A stretch of DNA of 64,000 nucleotides from Sphaerodactylus townsendi. Its lineage: Eukaryota. Below the pieces are notes generated by a model that was not told where the DNA came from, made no database searches, and saw nothing but the letters and a program-made list of their open reading frames with translations. Below, in pieces: positions 31,401 through 43,400 of the stretch; within the stretch, counting starts at the first letter, position 1, and each line of letters opens with the position of its first letter. The position numbers were made by a program, and so were the translations under genes. The stretch lies in contig NC_059428.1 of assembly GCF_021028975.2 (NCBI RefSeq), forward strand, positions 102,176,001-102,240,000, given 5' to 3'.

Positions 31401-34400
31401 TGCAGGGGAGGGGAGGGAGTGAGGGATGGCATGCAAGGGAGGGAAGGGGAGGGGCCCGGCATCTGGGCATGGCCCAGGGGGAGGGGTGGGAGGGGGGAGG
31501 GGAGGGTGGCATACAAGGGAGGTGTAAGGAACCTGAAAGGACCAGACTTAAAGTAACTTTAGCAGTTCTTTATTTCTTAAACTTCCATGATGCACAATAC
31601 AGGAAATGCAGACTCTGACCTTTCCCCACCAGACAGCTGCTTTTACGAGCTCCTCTGACCCCCACCCACAACACAATGTAAATATCCCCGAAACTCCAAC
31701 CTCTAATGTAGGTTCTCACGCGAACAGAAAGCAAGATTCCACATGCATATAGAAAGCACAAATAGACAGCAAGGTTAACGATATCAGCAGTCCTGGGCAC
31801 TCAGCCCAGTCCGAGGAATGCTTCCAAGGCCAAGCTTGCAGACTGAAATCAAACCACAACCTTACACTCTGCCTCCCCAAAGAAAGCTCCCTCCCCCCCG
31901 GGCTTGAGAGGGAAAGACTTATGAAATGCAGAAATCAAAGAGGGGGCATCAATATTCTCAACGTAAATCCATTGATTATGACCAGAAGGGTATCCAACCC
32001 AGGAGACTAAATATTGTAAGCGTTTGCGAGAGTAGCGGGAGTCCAGGACGGCGTCAATCTCGTAGTGCTTGTGTCCGTCAATAATCACTGGTGGGGGTGC
32101 CTCCGATGGGTCGCGCCAAGCATCGGAATCTTGAGCCCGCTTGAGTAAGCTGGAATGAAACACAGGATGAATGTTACTTAACGAGTTGGGTAAATCCAAT
32201 CGAGCAGTCACATTATTGATCACTTGTTTAATCTGGAAGGGGCCTATGAATTTCTTGCCAAGCTTGGAATATTTGTGCACATCTCTTAGGTTCTTCGTGG
32301 ACAAATAAACCCATGCCCCCACTTGCAAGGGAAACTCAGATCGATGTTTGTCTGCTTGCGTTTTTTGCGCTTCTTGCACTTGTGTAAGTGATGACGACAC
32401 CAACTTCCAGCCCTCAGCCAGTGTCTGAATCCACTCGCCAAACTCTGGAGGTTGCAAAGCCTGATCAGGGAGAAGGGGCAAAGGCGGGAAGGATCATCCT
32501 GACACCACCTCAAACGGGGTTTTGTTGGTGCTGCTGCGAACTGCGTTATTGTAGGCATACTCAGCAAAAGGCAATAAATCGAACCAATTGTCCTGGTGGT
32601 AGTTTGTGTAGCAACGGAGATACTGCTCTAGTGTTCTGTTGGTTCGTTCCGACTGGCCGTCGCTTTGCACGTGGTACGGGGCAGCGACTGCTGAAGTGGT
32701 TCCCAGAAGCTCCAGGAAAGCCTTCCAAAACTTTGACACAAACTGGGGGCCGCGGTCGGAAATTACCTTTTTAGGCGAAGAATGCAAACGGTAGATATGT
32801 TGAATGAACAACCTGGCCAATTTAGGGGCCGACGGAATGGTGGGACACGGAATGAAGTGTGCCTGTTTAGAGAATAGATCCACCACCACCCACAAAACAG
32901 TGTTTCCATGGCTTTCCGGGAGATCAGTAATGAAATCCATGGATAACTTGCCAGGGCATAGAGGCGGCTGGAATGGGTTGCAGTAACCCATGAGGTTTAC
33001 CAGGGATGGGCTTGGCTTCAGCACAAGTAGGGCAACCTTTTATGTATGCTTCAATGTCTTTGTGCATAGTGCGCCACCAAAACTGACGCCATAACAGGTG
33101 TAGTGTCTTCAAAAATCCGAAATGTCCCGCTTGCCTGGCATCATGGCCAGCAAGCAAGACTTGTTTACGTAGCGCTGGCGGAACGTACCAACACTCTCCT
33201 CTTCTCCAGACCCCTCCTTTCAACTGGAGGAGGGAATCATCATCCTCCGACAGGACGGCTCGACGTCCCGCCTCTTCCAACTGATGCAGAAAGTGCGAAA
33301 CGACATCAGGAATGACCAGTGAAGGAGGTGGGGTGGAAGCGGACATCTGGGATTGGGTAACCGCCAATCCCAGTTGTGAGGGCGACAAGACAGTTTGGGG
33401 TATGGCCCTTAAGGAAGTATCCGCCCCCTTGGGCAGGTGGGAGAGTGCGTCAGCCAGCCTGTTACTCTTGCCGGGGAAAAAATGAACAGAGAAAGAAAAC
33501 CTGGAAAAGAAGTCAGCCCAACGCAACTGCTTAGCAGACATTTTGGTGGGGGTGGAAAGGGCTGCCAGATTTTTATGATCAGACCAAACTTGGAAGGGAT
33601 GGGTAGCCCCTTCCAACCAATGCTGCCAAGTACTAAGGGCTTCTTTTATAGCAGCAGTTTCTTTATCACCTACGGTCCAGTTGAGTTCAGGGCCGGAGAA
33701 CTTTTTGGATAAGTAAGCACACGGAACTAGTTTATTATCTTTATTTCTCTGCAGAAGGGCAGCCCCTAGTGCTTTGTCAGAGGCATCCACATGAAAAACA
33801 AATGGCAAGGTGGGATCTGGGTGTTTCAAAACGGGTTCTGTGGTGAAGGCTGATTTGAGTTGTCGAAAGGAGTTCTGACAGGCAGAGGACCAAAGGAGAG
33901 GTTTGGAAGCTAATGGCCCCTTTCCTTTCGTGCAAAGTAAGTCAGTGAGGGGCAAGGCGAGTTCAGCAAACTGAAGGATAAAGTCACGGTAGAAATTGGC
34001 GAACCCCAAAAAAGATTGTAAAAGATTGTTTGGGATGGGCCAATTAACCACGGCAGCCACTTTGGCTGGATCCATCTCCAACCCTTCTGGTGATATTCGA
34101 TAACCAAGATAAAAACATAAGAACATAAGAACATAAGAACAAGCCAGCTGGATCAGACCAGAGTCCATCTAGTCCAGCTCTCTGCTACTCACAGTGGCCC
34201 ACCAGGTGCCTTTGGGAGCTCACATGCAGGATGTGAAAGCAATGGCCTTCTGCGGCTGTTGCTCCCGAGCACCTGGTCTGTTAAGGCATTTGCAATCTCA
34301 GATTAAAGAGGATCAAGATTGGTAGCCATAATCCATAGAGGTCTGATGGAAAGCACATTTAGACAATTTCACAAAGAGGGAGTTATCGAGGAGACATTGC

Positions 34401-37400
34401 AATACGGCTCCAACCAACCGAATGTGCTCCTCCTTTGTTTGTGAATATATGAGGACATCGTCCAAATAAACGACCACTCCATTAAATAAGAACTCTTGGA
34501 GTACTTCATTGATGAGAGACATGAAAGCCCCTGGGGCCCCAGATAACCCGAAAGGCATTACAAGGTACTCATATTGCCCAAATTTAGTGTTAAAGGCGGT
34601 CAAATGTTCAAACCCTTCTGCGATGCGTACTCTATAATAAGCTTCACGTAAGTCAAGTTTTGTGAAAATACGGCCTGTTCCCAAAGCGTCTAGGAGATCT
34701 TTAATCAGGGGTAATGGATATTTGTTGGAAATAGAAACCGCATTCAAACCCCTATAGTCCGTGCACAATCGAAGGGTACCATCCTTTTTCTTTACAAAAA
34801 GTACAGGAGCGGCGTAGGTACTTTTAGTAGACCTACGAATAAATCCTAGAGCTACGTTTTTATCCAGGAAGGCATGGAGCTCCTTCTCTTCGGTAGGGCT
34901 CATTCGATATATCCTACCCTTGGGGAGTTGGGCCCCTGGCACTAACAGGATTTTACAGTCCGTGTCTCGGTGGGGGGGTAGTTGGTCACATTCCTCCTCC
35001 CCAAACACTTTAGACAAGTCCCAATAGTCTCTGGGAATTCCAGCCAATTCAGAACTGGGGGAAACATCAAGAGCCGTGGGATGAGAGTAGCCAGGGGGTT
35101 CTTGAGACTCCTCTGGTGGCTCTCCTTTATGCATATGATCCCCGCAAGGAGGATCCGTGAAGCGGACGATGCGCTGGCCCCATTGTATGGTCAGTTCATG
35201 GGTTAGTAACCAGGGCATACCAAGGACTATGGGATGTTTGGCCACTGGCGCCAGGATGAAGCTACGTCTCTCCCAGTGTTCAGCACAACGCAAGAGCACC
35301 GGCTGGGTTCTAAAACGCGCGGGACCCTCGCTTCCCAATGGACTGCCATCCATCTGGGTAAACAGGATGGGTTTTGACAAAGCAATCCGCTCGAGGCCCA
35401 ATTGTTCGGCAACTTGGGGTCTCATTAGACAATGAGAACAACCAGAGTCTACCAGGGCGCGCGCAAGGTTGCGCCTGTGTTTGACAGGGTTGGCCAGGGA
35501 GGTCATGATCGTTATGGGGGCGCCTCCATCACTCACCACGTCTGGAGGGGGAGTTTCCTCCGAAGGGACCGAAGAGAGACTCACGGCGCTCCCTGGTTCG
35601 TCCTCGATCTCAAACTCTTCCAATTCATCCTCCAACACAGCTTTTGACACCCCTTGAGGAGCTTTCGCCCCTGGTTTGCGGGGAGTTTTGGCTGTTAATT
35701 TGCGTGGAGCAGGGGTGGGGACCTTAGGCTTCTTCGGACAGTTGGCTGCCATGTGTCCCGGACCCCCGCAATAAAGGCATAATCCCAGATGGCGGCGGCG
35801 ATCCGATGTGGATTCGGTGGTAAGCGTCCCACCGATTGCCTTTTTCGCCGGGGCAGCAGCTGTCTTGGATGGCTGTTGCTTCACAGAAGGCACATTTGAT
35901 CTTGTAAGGTGGGTAGCAATAGCATTGCCAACTTCAATCCATTCAGCTATTGTACGGGGTTCTCGGTGCATAACCGCCCATTTACAGATCTCCGGATCCA
36001 CGGCTTCAAAGAAGTATTCGCATTTCATGCAATCAGGCCAATCAGGAATTTTACTGGCAGCTGCTCGGAATTCTCATGCGAAGTTGGCAAAAGGACGATT
36101 GCCCTGTTTGATGGTTTTTAGAGTCTTTCTGGCCTTATTGACCACGTCTTTATCCTCAAAGCGAAGTCGGAGTCCCTGGAGCAGTTCAGCCACAGTTTGC
36201 AGTTCATCAGCCTCCAGTTCGAATAACTCCATGAACCATTCAGCAGCATCCCCATCTAGAACGGATCCGATGTCTTGGACTTTTTCCGCCTGTGATCGAT
36301 ATAGATCATCAAATTCCTGCATGTGGGCATCCAGCTGCAGGATAAAATAGGGCAACTTAGAAGCGGTCCCATCAAAACGCGCTGGGATACGGGGTCTAGG
36401 ATAGCCCCTGTCCGGAGCTGGCGCAGGCCTTGGCGTGGGAACTGGTGCGGGGCCTGGCACTGGAGGCTGAACAGGCGCAGGTGGCGGCTGAGGCACAAAC
36501 GGAGGGTGGATAACCCTGGGTTGTGGCCGGGGAGCCGCTGCTCGTGGTGGGGGCAGAGCATCGACTCGAGGAGCGGCAGCGACGGGGGGAACAGTTCTTG
36601 TTGCAACGTCCGCCAGTGTTGGGGCAGGGTGAGTTGCCGGTATTCGGAGCACTCTCTCCAATTCCGCAAGTTCCCTCTCCTTGCGAGCGAGGGCCTCTCG
36701 TTGTCGATCCAGGGTGTCTCTCTCGCGTTGCAACCTTACTCGCTTGGCCTGTTGCATCGCGGAGTCGACCTCACCCTGGGCGCGAAGGGCCTTCAAACTT
36801 TCTCTCTGGTGTTGGAGATCGTGCCTGGATTGTTCCGTCACCTTATCCTGGACCTTCAGATCACGTAGGAATTGCTGTCGAAGGATTTCTTTCTCCCGAG
36901 CCAGTTCTTCGAATTCTTGGCATTGGTGTTTTCGCTCCTCCATAAGGGCATCTCGTTCCTGTTGCCAATCCCGCTCAACCGCTTCGAGAGCCTCAAGCTG
37001 GGCGGACCAACGGGTTGGGTCTGGTTCAAGGGGCCCCGCCAAATCCTCTTCACGTAAGGAGGCAGCCCCTGGTGGGTCAGCTGGATCCAGCGGGTCCTGA
37101 TCGCGGGGATCTTCTGCAAAATAAAGTCGAACTCGGGATCCCCGTGTTAAGTTCACCATACCCGTGGATGCATCTTCAGTCGCCGGTAGGGCCGCTGATG
37201 GTCCAAAATCAGGAAGAACAAAATCAACAGATTCCCGGGGGGCTGAAGGGCGAAAAGCAACCTTGGGGCGTGCCCCGGTACTTTGCCATTGGTGTTCCAG
37301 AGGAGATTCCTCGAGGTAACGATCCAAAAACTTCTCCAGAGATTCCTGGGTGTCTCCATGGATGGTTGACAACCCAATTTCTTCAATGACTGTTCGCATC

Positions 37401-40400
37401 ACCGGTTTATAATCCACATGTTGGCGGGTGGTGATGTGCTGCTCTCGAGGGGCACGATCCATCGACACTCCGCCACCTGGATCACACAGGTCACGACGCA
37501 CCTCAAGGCATTCGGTAGACACCGTGCGTCTGGCCATCAGGGTAGCCTCGTCCACTTGCTCTTGCAGTTGGAGAAAGGCCATGCTTCGGCTGAGCCGAGG
37601 CCTGGAGAGGGCCACCAGGGAGACGGATTCCGCCAGCTCCCGTGGTGTGGCAGATGCGAGGAGGGAAGAGACGGAGCCCTCTTTGGGGGCTACCGTGTCC
37701 TCCTCATACTCCGAATTCAACGGTCCCCGAAATCTCAACTTCTGCATGCCGAAAGACATCAGAGTCCAACAGGATCGGATAACGTGGCTAGGTGGAGGCC
37801 ACGATTACTCCGAGGAAATGTGGAGAGTCTGCATAATGTAAGGAACCTGAAAGGACCAGACTTAAAGTAACTTTAGCAGTTCTTTATTTCTTAAACTTCC
37901 ATGATGCACAATACAGGAAATGCAGACTCTGACCTTTCCCCACCAGACAGCTGCTTTTACGAGCTCCTCTGACCCCCGCCCACAACACAATGTAAATATC
38001 CCTGAAACTCCAACCTCCAATGTAGGTTCTCACGCGAACAGAAAGCAAGATTCCACACGCATATAGAAAGCACAGATAGACAGCAAGGTTAACGATAACA
38101 GCAGTCCTGGGCACTCAGCCCAGTCCGAGGGATGCTTCCAAGGCCAAGCTGGTAGACAGAAATCAAACCACAACCTTACACTAGGGGAGGGAGTGAGGAG
38201 TGGCATGCAAGGGAGGAGGGGGAAGGGGAGTGGGCCCGGCATCTGGGCATGGCCCACGCACCCTAGCAGAGGGAGGGGAGGGGGAGGGAGGGGTGTTATG
38301 CAAGGGAGGGGAGGGAGGGTGGCATGCGAGGGAGGGGAGGGAGGGGAGGAACACCATTGGTTTTTTGTATGATTACTGTTTTGGACTGCACTACTTGTGT
38401 TAATCCTGATGGATCTTGGCCTGCGATCTGGATGGCCTGGAAATAACTAGCACAGTCCCTGTGGACAAGAGTCTAAGGCTAGTTTTGGGTCTCCAGTTCA
38501 TTATTCACACTTACTAGTTCCTATTCACAAATCCAAGCACAAATATTAATCAACCCTGCTGAACTATCAGATCAAATAAGGCTTTGTTTTAGATTTCTGT
38601 AACCCTAGTCCTATTATATTGCTCATTAGATGTTTTATCTTATTGACTACACTGATTTACATTGTAATCTAGTTTGATGTTCAGTGAGGAAGCTAGATGT
38701 GAAGGCGGCGGGCGGGGAGGAATTTGCCAACTCACAATACTCAAAGACAATAAATATTTCCTAATTCTCCTAAGGTTTTTTTTCTTTGCTGCTGGTCAGC
38801 CTTTCTGTATGTGTGTGTATATTCATCTGCCACAGAGCCATGTAAGTGCCTGTACATCAGCATTTGTGACCGTTTGGGTGGTGCAGTGATGCCAGTGCCA
38901 AATGCATGAACAAGAATTTTTAGATATATTTGACATGCCTGGCATTTGAATTCTGAATACAATTTAAACTATTTATCAAAAATATAATCTGACCTGTTTC
39001 ACAGTTTCTGCCTACATACCCCACAGGACACAGGCAGACGTAGTTCTGTAAATGGTTCGTACACGTCCCACCATTCTGGCAAGGGTTGGAGTTGCATCTT
39101 TTGGGAACTGTAAAAATATTCACGGTCAGTGAAACATTTGGATACATCTCCAGCAGGAACCATTGTACAACAATGTTTGTATTAATTGCCTTACGTGTAT
39201 AGGTCTTCCAGAATTCCATCTGAGCAGAATTGGGCAGGGTGTGGGAGAAAGAAGAAGCAAATGATACGTAAGGACATATCCATACATTAGCATCTATCCT
39301 TTTCACAACTACAAACAGTACCATCACCATAAGAACTAAAGAAAGTCTATCGTACTTGTTTAACATTTCACAGTTGACAGAGAATGTGCTACAACCTGGG
39401 AAATCCCTAGTTACATTTTACCTCTGTCATAAACTCATTCAGTGGAGTTAGGCAAGACACTGTAGCTACAATCCTCTTTTTAAAAATATATATAATTTTT
39501 TAATGGTGTCATTTGAATTTTACAGTTTATAGTAATTTCCTTCTTCATACATTTTCAAACAATACTTTTTCCCCCTTTTCTCCCTCCCCCATTACTTCTT
39601 CTTCATAGTTTTGTCACACAAACAGCAGTAAGTTCATTCTCTGTTGCCTCTTCTCCCATATTTCTTCATTGACTCGAGTTTCTTTCATCCAGTCCACGTA
39701 TATTATCCATATATTCAAAATTTCATTCTGTTTATCTTGCCACGTCTTATTTTTGGTTAATATATCAAAAATATCAAGTGTCACTTGTTCCCAGATATAT
39801 TCTAACCATTTCTGTAATGTCCATTTTTTCTTTTCCTTCCAGCCCAAGGCTATTGTTGCATGGGCTGCTTTAATCATTTTATACATATTACTATATTGTT
39901 TATCCACCCTTCTGTCTTCCATTACACCCATGAACATTAAGTCATTATTTAAATCAATATTTATCTTCACCAGTTTCTTGATATATAACAATACAATTGT
40001 CCAAAATTTTTTTACTTCTGCACATTCTATCCACATATGGCTATAATATGCCTCTTGGTCTCCACAGTGCCAGCATTTAGAATTAAATCATGTATGCTAG
40101 TTGATTTGGTGTTCTATACCATTTTAATATCACTTTTCTTTCTAACTCCATATATTTCTCAATCTTTATATTTTTCCATCTATTAATTTTTCAGTATTAC
40201 CAATGTCTAGAAATCCTTCCTTCTCCCATTTTTGTTTCAATGTTCTTATCATGAATTCCTTATCATCTACCATATATTTGTATATATGCCTTAAAATTTC
40301 CCCTTTGCATTTTCCGTATAGTTCCAGACATTTCGACATTATACATTCTCCTTTTATCCATGAAACCTTTATCCTTTCTCAAATGCCTCTCAAAACCAAC

Positions 40401-43400
40401 CAGTTCTTGTTTCCTCCTATCTCTATAAAATTTTGTAATGTCATAATTTCTCCTCCTTCCCTAATCAAATTTGCCACACTTTGAACTCCTTTTCTTTTCA
40501 ATATTTTTATCACTTTTTTTCCTTCTTTGCCAGCCACACTTCCCAAAGGTGCCACATCCAGGGTGCCAGGCATCCATTTACCTCTCCATTTCCCCCATAT
40601 ATCTAGCAAAACCTTTCTTGGTCCTATTGCTTTTTGATTTCCTTTCTTCAACTCTTTATTGAAGATACCATGTGCACCAACTCCTTCGTTTATTTCATTT
40701 TCAAACTTAACCCATTTTTCGACATTATCCTCGTTTATACTCATCAGACTCTTAATCTGGAATGCTTCATAATATTCTTGCATTTTTGGAATCCCCCAAC
40801 CTAAAGAATTTTTTGTCATATATATAATCTTATTCAGGATTCTTGGTTTTTTATTATTAAATACCCAAGCTTTCAGCTTTCTATCCCATTCCTCAAATTG
40901 TTTCTTCTTAAATTCCAACGGAAGAGTTCAAAATAAATAAAACATTTTCGGCATTATAAACATTTTGAATGCTTTGATTTTTCCTGTGATCGATAAGGTC
41001 TTCTTATCCCATTCTTTTATTTGTTTTAATATTTTTTCCACCTTGCTTCATAATTATATTTAAACATCTTCTCCTTTCTATGTGTTATTGTAATACCCAA
41101 ATATTTAATCTTCTTTTTTACTAATCCTCGCTCTAATTGTCTTTTTTCCACATTAACCCCCATTATTTCTGTTTTCTCCATGTTGACTTTTAATCCTGAA
41201 TATTTCTGAAAGTCTTCTAGAATTATTTTTAATTCTTTCATTGTATCAGCCGAATTCACTGTTAATACTAAAATATCGTCTGCAAATAAGTTTAACCTTA
41301 TTTCTTCTTGATTCATTTTATAACCTTTTATCCTTCCATTATTATTTATCCTTTCTGCCAAAAATTCAATTGCCAATATAAACAGATGTGGTGATAATGG
41401 ACATCCTTGCTTCACTCCCCTTTCATTATTAACAATTCCTGTCCACCTGTCATTAATTCTTATTTTTACCCTTCCTCCTTTGTAAATCTCTCGTATAATG
41501 TTTATAAGTTGTTTTCCAAACCCAAAATTTTCTAGAGTTTGAAATAAGTAATTATGACTAACTGTATCAAATGCTTTGTATACATCTAACTTTATCATTT
41601 CATATTTTTCGTTTTTGCCATGTTCTATTACATTTAATACATTCCTTAATGGGTGACAAATATCTCTACCTCTAATAAAGCTATATTGCTCTTGTCCAAT
41701 TAACTTCAGAAGGATTTTAAAAATCTATTTGCAAATACTTTGACAAAAATCTTGTAATCTTGGTTTAATAAACTTATTGGCCTATATGATTCTACCTGCT
41801 CTGGATTCTGTCCTGGTTTTTCAATTGTTATAATTTCCGTTTCCCTCCATGTCTCTGGAACCCTCTGCCCTCTTAAAATATGGTTAAACAATATCTGCAT
41901 CTCTGGAATTAATACTTCTGACATTTCTTTATAATACTCGGCATTAAACCCGTCTAATCCTGGGGATTTATTGTTTTTCAAATATTTAATAACATTTGCT
42001 ATTTCCTCTTGTGTAATAGCTTCTTGCATTTGATCTCTCTCTTCCTGTGTTAAAACCATTTTTGGTTTCTCATAATATTTTTCATTCTGGACTTGACTAA
42101 ATAATTCTTTATAAAATTCTTCAAATTTCTTCCTTATTGCTTTATTTTCTGTTACATATTGATTACTACCATCTTTTATCCTTTTTATTCTCTGTTTCTC
42201 CTTCCTCTTTTTCAAATAATTAGCCAGTCTTTTCATTGAATTTATATTCGCTCTTTGAAATTGGTTTTTAACCCAAATTTCCTTTTTCCACATCTCAGCT
42301 TTATCTAAATCGTCTAGCTGTGTTTGTAACTTGGTTAATTCATTTTTTATTCCTTTATCATATTTATCCTGAAGTTGAGTCCTTCTAACTTTAATCCCTT
42401 CTATTAATTCTTTCCTTTCCCTATTTATTCCATCGTACTTCTCTAGCTGTACAATAACCTCTAATTACTGCTTTAGATGCGTCCCAGAGAATTTCATCTG
42501 TAACTGTTCCTTTGTTTTCTGAAAAATAATGTCTTATTTTTTCTTGCAAATCTTTTCTATCTTTCTCATTTTTCCATACTATGTTTTTGTATCTCCATCT
42601 ATATTGTTTTTCCTCTCTCTCCACCCTGAACATGGCTACCAGTGGGGCGTGATCTGAAATCCATTCTTTATGCGTCTCTATTTTCTCACTGTGTAAATTA
42701 CTCATATTTTTTACAAAAATATAGTCAATATATGTAAATTTTCTGTTTTCTATTTGAGAAGTAGGTTGGTTGTTGAGATTTACCCAGTTCACTATACATA
42801 TTTGATATGTTCCATTTCTTTAACATTTCTGTAGTTACAATCCTCAATCTGCTACACTGAGGCCATAGTATTGTGAGTTGTTTACAGATGTTATTTCAGA
42901 AGTCCCAGGCCTGCAGATCAACTGTTCTGTGGTCTGGGCTGGGTGTTGGGTTTGGGGTGGGCTTTTGGGGGCCTGCTAGAGGTGGGAGAGTTTTGACAGA
43001 CCTGCAGACCAGCTGTTCCGCAGGTTGCTCTGGATGTTGGGGCGGGGTCCTGCTAGTGAGTCCTGCTACCCCATTGGTGTAGGGTTCGTTATCGCAACAT
43101 TTGATTCCCTTATCCATTTATTGTTTAGGATATTCCAAGTCATTCCTCTGTCATAAATTCTTGTCATAGTAGCTTGCAATCAAATAAATGTAATATTAAA
43201 TAAATGTAATATTAAATTCTTGTCATTGTAGCTTGCAATCAAATAAATGTAATAATAAATAAAAGCTTGCAATAAAATATATGTAAACAAATTGCATATA
43301 TGAGGTGGATTAACAAACACCATCCAAATACCACAACCTGTCTGGATGTAATCCAAACACTGGAGTCTATGCACACTGGAAAGGCACAGAATCTCTTATG

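Larger units (their letters stand above)
31523..38180 (-). mobile_element. Ty3/Gypsy chromovirus (Tf1/sushi group) LTR retrotransposon, near full length, in F7 intron 4
   Basis: 344-bp TG...CA LTRs at 31523-31866 and 37837-38180; PPT next to the 3' LTR. Gag capsid (PARFDG), CX2CX4HX4C knuckle, protease DSG, RT YLDD, RNase H DAS, integrase HHCC/SDRGPQF/GPF and chromodomain. Contains a premature stop, frameshifts and a CR1 insertion. Confidence 0.97.

Noticed and set aside
31260-31522. CRISPR-like or coding interpretation of the periodic G-rich repeats
   Set aside because: Eukaryotic minisatellite without unique spacers; the Pro/Gly-rich ORFs are compositional artefacts.
34982-37870. Numerous plus-strand ORFs up to 181 aa
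   Set aside because: Antisense shadows of the GC-rich gag-pol with no recognisable motifs.
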